Part shown: positions 21,094-30,980 of the stretch, piece by piece
How the letters are laid out: every line of letters begins with the position of its first letter
Numbering within the stretch: the stretch's first letter is position 1
From: an uncultured Arcobacteraceae bacterium
GTDB lineage: Bacteria; Campylobacterota; Campylobacteria; Campylobacterales; Arcobacteraceae
DNA length: 64,000 nucleotides
Direction of reading: 5' to 3'
Assembly: GCA_964022095.1 (NCBI GenBank)
Contig: CAXHZO010000002.1
Location: 96,001-160,000, forward strand
The notes under the pieces: model-generated
Told to the model about the DNA's origin: nothing
The model's input: only the letters and a program-made list of their open reading frames with translations
The model's database searches: none
Made by a program: the position numbers and the translations under genes

Positions 21094-22044
21094 ATGAAAA
21101 AAGCAATTTTATTAGGTTTAGTTACATCATCTTTTTTATTTGCAAACGATTATTTACCTTTAAGTAAGATATCGAAAGACAAAAAGCTAGAGTATAATTT
21201 TATTACATTAGATAATACAATTATACAAGCAAGTGAAATTAATACGAAATCTTCTATTACATCAGATGGTTATGAAACTGTACAAGAGGCTGATATTGTT
21301 ATTCCTCAAAAAGTTGAAGAAAAAGTACAAGTAAAAGTAAAAAAGAAAATAGCTCAAAAAGTTATTGTAGAACCTGAAATTAAACAAGAAAAGATAAAAC
21401 CTAAAAAAACTGAACTTCCAAAACAAAGTAATCTTATATTAAAAGATGAAGTAAAATTAAATCCTGAGAAAACAAATGTTCAACTTCAAAGGGATTTATT
21501 TTTTACTGCTAAGATTACATTCTCTCCAGTTACTGCAGATTTATCAGGATTTGGTACATCATTATCAGATAAATCAAATGTATTTATTCCTGAAGCTAGA
21601 ATTGATATAAATGATCATAGTTTTACAGCAGAATATTTTACAAGTAAAAATGAATTTTCAGGAATTAATACAACTACAATTGAAACTCAAATCCAATGGT
21701 TCAAAGGTGGTTATAGATATAACATTGATAATTTAAGTATTGGTGCTGATTTAAACTATGCTGTTTTAGATGTTAACTCAGAAGAAGATTATAATGAGTT
21801 ATATCCATCATTAGAAATCGATATGAATCATAATATTGATAATATCAGTTTAAATTATGGTGCAGGTTTTGGTAAAAACAATAATATTGATTATTCATAT
21901 GATTATTTCTTAAATGTTGGAATCAAGCCTTATGCTCTTAGTGAGGCATCATTGGTAGCTGGATATAAAAATAGAACTATAAAAGATGAAGACACAAAAT
22001 TAGAGTTTAGTGGTCCTTATTTAGGAGTAAGCTCAACTTTCTAA
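21094..22044 (+). CDS. Exported protein with a probable C-terminal outer-membrane beta-barrel
   Basis: GGAG RBS then MKKAILL signal peptide; K/E/P-rich linker; amphipathic strands ending GPYLGVSSTF. Confidence 0.65.
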   Translation: MKKAILLGLVTSSFLFANDYLPLSKISKDKKLEYNFITLDNTIIQASEINTKSSITSDGYETVQEADIVIPQKVEEKVQVKVKKKIAQKVIVEPEIKQEKIKPKKTELPKQSNLILKDEVKLNPEKTNVQLQRDLFFTAKITFSPVTADLSGFGTSLSDKSNVFIPEARIDINDHSFTAEYFTSKNEFSGINTTTIETQIQWFKGGYRYNIDNLSIGADLNYAVLDVNSEEDYNELYPSLEIDMNHNIDNISLNYGAGFGKNNNIDYSYDYFLNVGIKPYALSEASLVAGYKNRTIKDEDTKLEFSGPYLGVSSTF

Positions 22045-22125
22045 AATATTACACTTTGTAATATTTTATCCTATATAAAAAACTTTTTGATATAATATCT
22101 CAAATTTAAAATGAGGTATTATTTT

Positions 22126-22476
22126 ATGCAAGATATTCAAATATGGCATAATCCAAGATGTTCAAAATCAAGAAATGCATTAAATCTATTAGAAGAAAAA
22201 GGTATTAAAGCGCAAGTTGTGAAATATCTTGATGACACACCATCAAAACAACAAATAATAGATGTTCTTAAGATGTTAGGAATAAGTGCAAAAGAGCTAC
22301 TCAGAGAGAGTGAAAATGAGTATAAAACACTAAATCTAAAAGAACAAAATAATGAAGATATAATTATAGAAGCCATGGTAAATCATCCAAAACTAATACA
22401 AAGACCTATAATTATTAAAGATAAAAAAGCAGTTATTGCAAGACCTATTGAAAACTTAGAAAAGCTTCTTAACTAA
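22126..22476 (+). CDS. arsC: ArsC-family (glutaredoxin-type) arsenate reductase
   Basis: HNPRCSKSR and HPKLIQRPII; start after the GAGG RBS. Confidence 0.9.
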   Translation: MQDIQIWHNPRCSKSRNALNLLEEKGIKAQVVKYLDDTPSKQQIIDVLKMLGISAKELLRESENEYKTLNLKEQNNEDIIIEAMVNHPKLIQRPIIIKDKKAVIARPIENLEKLLN

Positions 22477-22832
22477 TGCAACATGAAAAACAATTAAGAA
22501 TAAGATATATAAGAGTATTAGATAAGTTTCTAACAAGAACTATGTCTTTACTAAAACTAGATAATTTCAATTATGAATTATTCAAAGAAAGAACTTTGAA
22601 AAATTATGCTGATATGAAAAAAGTTGATCCTGTGGATCTTCATTCTCCATACTACACACAGTTGAAAAACTTTATTGATAAAACCTTAATGTATGTGGAA
22701 AATCACTCAGATACTTTTGAAACAGAAAGATCAAACTTATTAAAAGATGCTAACTTATTGCAAAAAGAGAAAAAGAAAAACGCATATAGTAAAGATAAAC
22801 ACAAACATAAAAAATTTGATGATGGATATTAA
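22476..22832 (+). CDS. Hypothetical protein (118 aa)
   Basis: Translationally coupled (TAATG overlaps) to both neighbours. Confidence 0.75.
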   Translation: MQHEKQLRIRYIRVLDKFLTRTMSLLKLDNFNYELFKERTLKNYADMKKVDPVDLHSPYYTQLKNFIDKTLMYVENHSDTFETERSNLLKDANLLQKEKKKNAYSKDKHKHKKFDDGY

Positions 22833-25138
22833 TGTCTGAGCAAGAGTATAAAACCTTTAAACTATCAGGTGTAATTAAAAAAGTACTTTATAAAAATGAT
22901 GAAAATAAGTATGTTATTGCTGTACTTGAAAATAATCAAAAAGTTTGTGGGACTTATTTTGATACTGATATTGAAAAAATAGTTGGGGAAGAGGTTATTT
23001 TAGTGGGTAATTGGACTACTCATAAAAAATATGGAGTTCAATTTGAATTTGATACTATTGAGCTAAAAGAAGCTGAACTTTTCTTTTTTTTAACAAAAAT
23101 AGTTAAGGGTGTTGGAAAAAAGTTTGCCCATGAGCTTTTAGAAAAGTACACAGAAGAGAAATTAATTGAAATATTAAATAACAATCCCGATGAATTATTA
23201 GATTTTAAAGGTATTAAACAAAAAAAGTTAGAAAAAATAGTTACTTCTTGGCAAAAGTTTAAACACTTAAGAGAACTTGGTTCTTTTTTGGCAAAATATG
23301 GTGTTACTTCAAATCTAATTACAAAAATATACTCATCACTTGGTGAAGTTGATAACTTGATAGATAAGATAAAAGATAATCCATATATTTTAATAAATAT
23401 TAGAGGCATAGGATTTAAAAAAGCTGACGAAATAGCAAAAGCTTTAGGAATTGATCCTAGAAGTGAATTTAGAATTATGGCTTGTTTAAATTATACTTTA
23501 AGGGAATTTTGTGATAACAATGGAAACTCTTCAATAGACAAATATCATTTATACAAGCTATTAGATGAATCTTTGAGATTTAGTGATGAAGAAGCACTTT
23601 ATGAACAAGCAGTTTCAAAAATGCTTGTTGATGAAGAACTTTTTGTTACAAGTGAAAATAGATATGCTCTTTCTATGCTTTATTATGCAGAGAAAAATAT
23701 ATTGGATTTTTTTATAAGACGTGCAAATGAAAAAAATAGAATCATAACTGCTAATTTTGATGATTATGTTCAAAAAAAAGAAAAAACTTTAGGTTTTGAT
23801 TTAAGTGTTGAACAAAAACAAGCAGTTGAGTTAATTAATGATGGTCATAAAACACTGTTTTTGATTGGTTATGCAGGAACTGGTAAGTCAACTTCAAGTA
23901 GGGCAATACTTGAACTTCTTGAAGAGGTAGTATCTTATGATGATATTATGACTATTGCATTAAGTGGAATAGCCAGTCAAAGAATTGCTGATACTACTGG
24001 ATACAGCTCTTCTACTATTCAATCTCTTTTAGTAAAACATAAAGAAAAAGACTTTTTCCCTTATAAGGTTATTTTATTAGATGAAGCTTCAATGGTAAAT
24101 TCTGTAACTTTTTATCAAATTATTTCAAAAATAGATGATGATACAGTTTTTATAATTGTAGGAGATGATGGACAATTACCAGCAATTGGAGCTGGTAATA
24201 TTCTTGCTGATTCTATAAAGTATGAATTAGCTCCAATTTGTAAACTTACAAAGATTTATAGACAAAATGAAAATCAAGCAATTGCTGTAATTGCAAATGA
24301 TATTAGAAAAGGTGAGCTACCTGAATATAAAGAGCAGTATGAAGATTTTAAGTTTGTAGATGTCTCTATTGCAAATTATTATTCACAAAAAAACTCTATT
24401 GCACCCACTGATTTTTCAGATATTAGAAGTGAAAATAGTGAATTAATTTTAAATAATATTCTAAATATTTCAGCTGGGTATATTCAAGAGTATTATGATT
24501 TTATAAAAAGTAAAGATATCTCAAAAGCACTGATTTTATTCCAAGTTATTACACCTATGAAAGGTGGATTATTAGGAGTTGATAACTTAAATATGCAGCT
24601 TCAAAAACTTTTTAACCACTCAAAAGGTAAGGCTTATAAAACAAAACTTTATGAGTTTAAAATTTCTGATAAAGTTATACATATAAAAAATGAAAATATG
24701 AAAGCCCAAACTATGAGTATGTACAAAAGTGGCTCTACAGATTTTTTAGAAAGAAGAGTTTATAATGGTCAATTAGGTTTGATTATTAAGTTAGATTTTG
24801 ATGAAGAAAAGTGTATTGTTTTATATCCAAATGACGATATGGTAGTGTTTTATGATTTTGATTCTTTATCAAACCTTTTATCACTTGCATATTGTTTAAC
24901 TATTCATAAAACTCAAGGAATGGAGTATGAACATGCATTAATTCCTATGAGTTTTTCTCACTATATTATGCATAATACTAAGCTACTTTATACTGCAATT
25001 ACAAGGGCGAAAAGAATGTGTTTTATTGTTGGTGAAGAAGAAGCTTTTAAAAGTGCTTGTAAAAAACTAGAAATAACTATAAGAGAGTCTGTAATCAATG
25101 ATTTAATGACTAATATTCAAGCAAAAAAAAATAATTAA
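22832..25138 (+). CDS. recD2: RecD2-like ATP-dependent DNA helicase
   Basis: HhH motifs (KGVGKK, RGIGFKKAD), GYAGTGKS, LDEASM, GDDGQLP, IYRQ, AYCLTIHKTQGME, LLYTAITRAK. Confidence 0.93.
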   Translation: MSEQEYKTFKLSGVIKKVLYKNDENKYVIAVLENNQKVCGTYFDTDIEKIVGEEVILVGNWTTHKKYGVQFEFDTIELKEAELFFFLTKIVKGVGKKFAHELLEKYTEEKLIEILNNNPDELLDFKGIKQKKLEKIVTSWQKFKHLRELGSFLAKYGVTSNLITKIYSSLGEVDNLIDKIKDNPYILINIRGIGFKKADEIAKALGIDPRSEFRIMACLNYTLREFCDNNGNSSIDKYHLYKLLDESLRFSDEEALYEQAVSKMLVDEELFVTSENRYALSMLYYAEKNILDFFIRRANEKNRIITANFDDYVQKKEKTLGFDLSVEQKQAVELINDGHKTLFLIGYAGTGKSTSSRAILELLEEVVSYDDIMTIALSGIASQRIADTTGYSSSTIQSLLVKHKEKDFFPYKVILLDEASMVNSVTFYQIISKIDDDTVFIIVGDDGQLPAIGAGNILADSIKYELAPICKLTKIYRQNENQAIAVIANDIRKGELPEYKEQYEDFKFVDVSIANYYSQKNSIAPTDFSDIRSENSELILNNILNISAGYIQEYYDFIKSKDISKALILFQVITPMKGGLLGVDNLNMQLQKLFNHSKGKAYKTKLYEFKISDKVIHIKNENMKAQTMSMYKSGSTDFLERRVYNGQLGLIIKLDFDEEKCIVLYPNDDMVVFYDFDSLSNLLSLAYCLTIHKTQGMEYEHALIPMSFSHYIMHNTKLLYTAITRAKRMCFIVGEEEAFKSACKKLEITIRESVINDLMTNIQAKKNN

Positions 25139-25211
25139 TTCCTCTTCATTTAACTAAGATAAAAGCAACTATTAAGTAATATATCTAAAATTTTTAAGAG
25201 GGTATTATTTT

Positions 25212-26675
25212 ATGATAAGCTGGATGCAAAGACACAAAAAGTGGCTAGTAATAACAATTTGGATTAGTACAATAGCGTTCGTTGGAGCAGGATTTGTAGG
25301 TTGGGGTTCTTATGACTATGGAAAACAAGGTGGCGTAGTAGCTGTTGTTGGAGATAGAGAAATATCTGTTGAAGAGTATCAAGAAGAGTATTCAAATATT
25401 TATGATCAGTATGCAAGAACATTTGGTTCAATGTTTAACCAAGAGATGGCTGATAAAATGAATTTAAAAGATGTAGCATACAACCAAGCAATTCAAAAAA
25501 ACTTAATTTTATCATATGCAGATAGATTAGGTTTAGATGTTACAAATGAAGATATTGCAAAACAGTTAGTAAAATATAATGCATTTTTAAAAGATGGAAA
25601 ATTTGATAAAGATACTTATGTAAAAGTATTAGCTCAAAATAGAACAACTCCTGCTAAATTTGAAGATGGTCTAAAAAGAGGTATCTTATTACAAAAAGTT
25701 CAAGCTTTATTTGAAGTAGAACCAACAAAAGTTGAAATTGAAAACTTAAGTAAAGTTTTATTTATTGAAGATGATATTGAGTATAAAGTAGTTTTTACAA
25801 AAGATATCAATGTTGAAATAAATGAAGAAGAGCTAAAGAAATACTGGTCTGAGCATAAAAACTCTTATATGTCTGAGCGATCATATGATTTATTAGTTGC
25901 AACTGTTCCTTTAGAATCATCTAACCCAAGTGATGAAGATATAAAATCTCACTATGACAAATTTAAATTAGATTACAAGAAAGAAGATGGAAAAATTAAA
26001 TCTTTAGAAGAAGCAAAAGATGAAATTATCAAATCTTTAGACGCAAAAGCAACAAAAACTAAAGCCTTAAAAGAGTACTTAAACTACAAAAAAGGTGAAT
26101 CAACACTTTCAACTACTGCTTCTTTCTTAGAATCAAAGTTACCTTATGGTGCTGAAAACAATACAAGAATTACTCAAGCTAAACAAGGTGATTTAATCAA
26201 ACCATTCTTAGTTGATGGTGAATATATTATCTCAAAAGTTGTTAAGACAGTTGGGCCAAAGCCATTAAGCTTTGAAGATGCAAAAGCATCTGCAACTAAT
26301 GATTATTTAGTAGTTTTAAAAGCAAACAAGCTTGATGAGTTAACTAAAGAGCAAGTAAAAACATTTAAAGGTAAAGTAGCTAAATCAATCACAAGAGAAT
26401 CTATTGATAAAATTGATTTAGATGAAGCTAAATCAGCTCAATTTTTATCTCAACTATTTGCTGCAACTTCAAAAGAGGGTGTGATTAAATTTGATGATAG
26501 TGCAGTTTTATATAGAATTTTAGATTCTAGATTAGGAAAATACGATACATCAAAAGATGATTTAGTAAAACAAACATTAGTTCAGATGCAAGATCAAGAA
26601 TTAATGACAAATTTAATTAAGAGATTAGAAGATAGATTTGAAATACAATCATCAATTCAAACAAAGGATCAATAA
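25212..26675 (+). CDS. ppiD: Periplasmic chaperone PpiD/SurA-N family
   Basis: MISWMQRHKK-TM N-terminus, SurA-N domain, precedes ftsA. Confidence 0.85.
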   Translation: MISWMQRHKKWLVITIWISTIAFVGAGFVGWGSYDYGKQGGVVAVVGDREISVEEYQEEYSNIYDQYARTFGSMFNQEMADKMNLKDVAYNQAIQKNLILSYADRLGLDVTNEDIAKQLVKYNAFLKDGKFDKDTYVKVLAQNRTTPAKFEDGLKRGILLQKVQALFEVEPTKVEIENLSKVLFIEDDIEYKVVFTKDINVEINEEELKKYWSEHKNSYMSERSYDLLVATVPLESSNPSDEDIKSHYDKFKLDYKKEDGKIKSLEEAKDEIIKSLDAKATKTKALKEYLNYKKGESTLSTTASFLESKLPYGAENNTRITQAKQGDLIKPFLVDGEYIISKVVKTVGPKPLSFEDAKASATNDYLVVLKANKLDELTKEQVKTFKGKVAKSITRESIDKIDLDEAKSAQFLSQLFAATSKEGVIKFDDSAVLYRILDSRLGKYDTSKDDLVKQTLVQMQDQELMTNLIKRLEDRFEIQSSIQTKDQ

Positions 26676-28079
26676 TTGAATAATACTTTATTAGCTATTG
26701 ATATAGGTTCAGCTTTTATTCATGCTGTTATTGCAAAGCATGATTTAGAAAATAATATTAATATCTTAGGTACTGGAACTCAAAAAAGTACTGGAGTAAA
26801 CAAAGGTTTAATAGTAGATATTGAAGAAGCATCAAAGACTATTAAAAGTGCAGTTTCTTTAGCCAAAAAAAGTACTACTGAACAAATTGATAATTGTGTA
26901 GTATCAATTTCTGGTAGTTATTCAAAAAGTTTAAGAAGCTCAGGTTCTGTAAATGTACCAAATGGCTTAATTACTGAAACAGAAATAAACCAAGTAATGC
27001 AAATGGCACTATATAATGCTACTATAGTTCCTGAGTATGAAGTAGTACACGTAATACCAATTTATTTTAAAGTTGATGATTCAGTTGAAGTGGATAACCC
27101 TTTAAATATGAATGGTTCTAGATTAGAAGTTTCAGTTTTTATTGTAACTGCTAAAAGAACTGCATTAACAAATATTAAATCAGCACTAAACGTAGCTGGG
27201 TTTGATATGGTTAAATTTGTTTTAGATGGATATGCTTCAGCAATTGCAGTATTAGATGACCAACAAAAGAAGTTTGGTTCAACTGTAATTAACATGGGTT
27301 CAACTACAACTGAATTTATTACATATAAAGCTAGTTCGTTAGTTCATAATGGATTTGTTCCTGTTGGTTCAAATCACATTACAAATGACTTATCTGTAAT
27401 GCTTCACACACCTCCTGGTGCTGCAGAGAAAATAAAACTTGAATATGGTTCTATTACAAAAGATTACACTCCAAATAATGAACTTGGTATTACTAAAGTT
27501 AAAATACCAAGAATAGGTGATGAAGAGACAACTTCTGAAGTTGCCCTTGATTATATTCAAACTATTATTCATGCAAGAGTTGAAGAGGATTTAGTATTAG
27601 TTAAAAACCAACTAAAGAAAAGTGGTATTTTAGATAATATTGGTTCTGGTATTGTAATAACAGGAGGATTAAGTAATCTTGATGGTATAAAAAAACTTGC
27701 AGAAAAAGTTTTTGATGGTATACCTATTAGTCTTTCAATGCCTAGAAATATAAAAAATGGGTTTATTAATTTTGATGAGCCTAGCTTATCAACTATTATG
27801 GGATTATTACTTTATTCTTTAGGTACAAATAGAAGCTATCAATTAGATTCAAGTAAAAAGCTTGTTAAACCTATCAAAAAAGAAGTTTATAAAGAGCAAA
27901 GAGTTGAGACTTCTAATTTAAATAATCAACAATCAGGACAAGCACAAGCAAAACAATCTTCACCTTCTCAAAAAGAAGATTTTGAAATAAAAGACAATTC
28001 AACAGTATTAACTCCTTTAAATAAAGAGAAGAAAAAAGGCGTTTCAAGATTCTGGAATAAAGTATCGGAGTGGTTTTAA
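26676..28079 (+). CDS. ftsA: Cell division protein FtsA
   Basis: AIDIGS, GSNHITNDL, AEKIKLEYG, VITGG. Confidence 0.97.
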   Translation: MNNTLLAIDIGSAFIHAVIAKHDLENNINILGTGTQKSTGVNKGLIVDIEEASKTIKSAVSLAKKSTTEQIDNCVVSISGSYSKSLRSSGSVNVPNGLITETEINQVMQMALYNATIVPEYEVVHVIPIYFKVDDSVEVDNPLNMNGSRLEVSVFIVTAKRTALTNIKSALNVAGFDMVKFVLDGYASAIAVLDDQQKKFGSTVINMGSTTTEFITYKASSLVHNGFVPVGSNHITNDLSVMLHTPPGAAEKIKLEYGSITKDYTPNNELGITKVKIPRIGDEETTSEVALDYIQTIIHARVEEDLVLVKNQLKKSGILDNIGSGIVITGGLSNLDGIKKLAEKVFDGIPISLSMPRNIKNGFINFDEPSLSTIMGLLLYSLGTNRSYQLDSSKKLVKPIKKEVYKEQRVETSNLNNQQSGQAQAKQSSPSQKEDFEIKDNSTVLTPLNKEKKKGVSRFWNKVSEWF

Positions 28080-29245
28080 TGGATGATTTATTTAATGTAG
28101 ATGATATAAAAGTTGATATGCCAAATAAGGTTTTATCTGATAATGTAGCTAAAATCTCTGTAATTGGAGTAGGTGGTGGTGGTTGTAATATGATTAACCA
28201 CATGATTAATGAAGGTTCTCATAAAATTGATTTAATTGCTGCAAATACAGATTTACAAGTTCTAAATATTTCAAAAGCACCAAAAAAGATTCAACTTGGA
28301 GTTAAACTTACTAAAGGTTTAGGTGCAGGAATGAAGCCAGAAATTGGTAGAGATTCTGCAGTTGAGTCTTTTGAAGAAATCAAAGGTATTTTAAAAGGTG
28401 CTGATATTGTATTTATTGCTGCTGGACTTGGTGGAGGAACTGGAACTGGGGCTGCTGCTATTATTGCAAAAGCAGCAAAAGAGATCGGCGCACTTACTGT
28501 TTCAGTTGTTACTAAACCATTTACTTGGGAAGGTAAAAAAAGAGCTGGATTAGCAAACTTAGGATTAGAAGAATTAAAAAAAGTTAGTGATTCAATTATT
28601 GTTGTTCCAAATGATAGATTATTAGAAATTATTGATGAAAATGTTGGTATGAAAGACGCCTTTAAAATCATTGATAATATTCTATATCAAGCTGTTAATG
28701 GTATGTCAGAAGTTATTTTAAATCCAGGTAATTCTGATATTAATACTGACTTTGCTGATGTAAAAACTATTATGCAGCACAGAGGTATGGCATTAATGGG
28801 TATTGGTAGAGCAAAAGGTGAAGAAGCCGCTCAAAGAGCTTTAGAAGATGCTATTGATTCTCCATTACTTGATAAAGTGTCATTAAATGGTGCAAAAGGT
28901 ATTTTAATTCACTTTAATATTCATCCACAAGTTTCACTATTTGCTATTAACAGTGTTATGGGTTCTATTAATGATAGAATGGATTCTAATGCTGAGATTA
29001 TCTTTGGTACAACTTCAGATAGCACTTTAGAAAAAGATGAAGTAAAAATTACAATTGTTGCAACAGGTTTTGAAACTAAAAACGAAGAGTTTGAAGATGA
29101 AGGTGAAGAAAGCGAAGAAAAAACTTCAGTAAAGTCTGATAATGAAAATCATTTAGATGTACCACCTTTAATGAGAGATTATGTTGTTCAATATCATGTT
29201 GTTCCCACTCAACAACATTCTCAACCTCAAATAATTCAAGAATAA
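28079..29245 (+). CDS. ftsZ: Cell division protein FtsZ (ATG at 28079 preferred)
   Basis: GVGGGGCN, NTDLQ, GLGGGTGTG, INTDFADV; GGAG RBS and TAATG overlap with ftsA. Confidence 0.98.
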   Translation: MDDLFNVDDIKVDMPNKVLSDNVAKISVIGVGGGGCNMINHMINEGSHKIDLIAANTDLQVLNISKAPKKIQLGVKLTKGLGAGMKPEIGRDSAVESFEEIKGILKGADIVFIAAGLGGGTGTGAAAIIAKAAKEIGALTVSVVTKPFTWEGKKRAGLANLGLEELKKVSDSIIVVPNDRLLEIIDENVGMKDAFKIIDNILYQAVNGMSEVILNPGNSDINTDFADVKTIMQHRGMALMGIGRAKGEEAAQRALEDAIDSPLLDKVSLNGAKGILIHFNIHPQVSLFAINSVMGSINDRMDSNAEIIFGTTSDSTLEKDEVKITIVATGFETKNEEFEDEGEESEEKTSVKSDNENHLDVPPLMRDYVVQYHVVPTQQHSQPQIIQE

Positions 29246-29250
29246 AGAGA

Positions 29251-29646
29251 TTAATTCTCTTTTTTCTTACTTTCTACTATAACCATATCAAAAGAGGTCT
29301 TTTTTACTACTAAAGCTTTTGTATCAGGAACTACTGACATATTATTGATTTTTTGTATTTTTGTTTTATATAGTTCTACATGAGTTTCTAATTCATTTAT
29401 TCTAGAATTTAATTTTAAAATAATATCAACTCCAGCAAGATTTACTCCTAAGTCTCTAGTTAATGTTAAAACATATTTTATATGGTCAATATCTTTTTGT
29501 GAATATAGCCTTATTTTTCCATTTGTTCTTGAGGGTTTTATTAAACCCTCTCTTTCATATTGTCTTAAAGTTTGAGGATGTATATTTAGTATCTCTGCAA
29601 CTGCTGAAATTAGATATACAGGCTCTTTATAGCTATTTTTATCCAT
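29251..29646 (-). CDS. hspR: Heat-shock repressor HspR (MerR family)
   Basis: IHPQTLRQYERE and LGVNLAGV; downstream of cbpA. Confidence 0.95.
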   Translation of the reverse strand: MDKNSYKEPVYLISAVAEILNIHPQTLRQYEREGLIKPSRTNGKIRLYSQKDIDHIKYVLTLTRDLGVNLAGVDIILKLNSRINELETHVELYKTKIQKINNMSVVPDTKALVVKKTSFDMVIVESKKKEN

Positions 29647-29657
29647 GATAAACCTTT

Positions 29658-30521
29658 CTAGTTTTCAGGTAGTTTCTCTTCAAGAATTTTTACAAAATCT
29701 TCATCTAAATCTTCAACTTTAGGTAATACAATATTTGCTTTTAAATATAAATCACCCTTAACTCCTGCTTTTCTATTTAGTATTCCAAGCTCTTTAACTC
29801 TAAATCTTTGATTTTGTTTAGTATTTTGGGGAACTTTTAGTGTTATATCTTTATGAATTGTACTTATTTGTACTTTACCACCAAATAGTGCTGTTTTTAA
29901 TGGAACATCAAATGCTTTAATTAATGTATCATCGTCTAACTCATAATCAGGACTTGATGAAACATTTATTTTGATAATTAAATCACCTCTTTGTCCTTGA
30001 TAAGATTTTCCTTTCCCTTTTGCTCTAATTTTTTGTCCATCTCTAATTCCCTCTGGAATCTTGATATCAAAAGACTCATTGTTTAAACTTATGTGTTGTT
30101 TACCACCTACAACTGCTGTTGTAAATGGTATAGTGATTTGTGCACTCATATCTAAATCTGGTTCATTAAAACCACCAAAGCCACCTTGATTAAAACCGCC
30201 TCCGCCAAAGCCACCTCCGCCTTGACCAAACATTTGTCTTAATATTTCATCTAAATCAACACCTTGACCTTGACCTCTTGCAAAGTCATGGAAGTTTTGA
30301 CCTCCAAACATTGAATCACCATATTGATCATATTGTTGTTTTTTTTCTGGGTCACTTAAAACTTCGTATGCACCGTTGATCTCTTTAAATTTTTCTTCTG
30401 CACTAGCTTCTTTATTTACATCTGGATGATATTTTCTTGCTAGTTTTCTATACGCTTTTTTAATTTCATCTGCTGATGCAGTATCTGAAATTTCAAGTGT
30501 TTCATATAAACTTTTTGCCAT
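29658..30521 (-). CDS. cbpA: DnaJ-class co-chaperone CbpA
   Basis: J domain with HPD, G/F region, no Zn finger. Confidence 0.93.
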   Translation of the reverse strand: MAKSLYETLEISDTASADEIKKAYRKLARKYHPDVNKEASAEEKFKEINGAYEVLSDPEKKQQYDQYGDSMFGGQNFHDFARGQGQGVDLDEILRQMFGQGGGGFGGGGFNQGGFGGFNEPDLDMSAQITIPFTTAVVGGKQHISLNNESFDIKIPEGIRDGQKIRAKGKGKSYQGQRGDLIIKINVSSSPDYELDDDTLIKAFDVPLKTALFGGKVQISTIHKDITLKVPQNTKQNQRFRVKELGILNRKAGVKGDLYLKANIVLPKVEDLDEDFVKILEEKLPEN

Positions 30522-30574
30522 ATTTTTTCCTAATTAATAATAATTTCATAATTTAAATTTTTAAAATTATATCA

Positions 30575-30603
30575 TAACCTTGAGTCAAAGTCAATCAAGG
30601 TTA
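30575..30603. promoter_or_regulatory. HAIR (HspR-associated inverted repeat) operator
   Basis: taacCTTGAGT-caaagtc-AATCAAGgtta: one mismatch to CTTGAGT-N7-ACTCAAG, about 55 bp upstream of cbpA-hspR. Confidence 0.88.
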
Positions 30604-30653
30604 GGAATTTATCTAGCATTTAGTATAATACTTTAACAAGAAATAGGATTAAC

Positions 30654-30980
30654 ATGTTTGAAAAAGATGAGTGGACTCAACCTGAATTATTTAAATACGT
30701 AAAAGAGTTAGAAAAGCAAGGTATAAAGGTTGTTTTAATAGACACAATTTTAAAGCCACTTGATAATATTGAGACAATTACATACAATCCTTTTGAAATG
30801 ATAAACTATCCAAAAGATTCAGTTTTTGTTTTTTACTGTGATACAGGTAAGAGTACTAAAGAGAGACTAAACTATTATAAAAAGAAGTTCCCAGATTATA
30901 AGTGTATTAGTTTAAAAGGTGGAAGAGGTTATTGGAGACCAAACTATCAATTACTAGATGAAATAGGTAAAAATGTCTAA
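30654..30980 (+). CDS. Small rhodanese-like protein
   Basis: VFYCDTGKS and ISLKGG motifs. Confidence 0.65.
   Translation: MFEKDEWTQPELFKYVKELEKQGIKVVLIDTILKPLDNIETITYNPFEMINYPKDSVFVFYCDTGKSTKERLNYYKKKFPDYKCISLKGGRGYWRPNYQLLDEIGKNV

Noticed and set aside
22126-22476. Arsenic resistance operon
   Set aside because: Lone arsC-family gene with no arsR/arsB/acr3 nearby.
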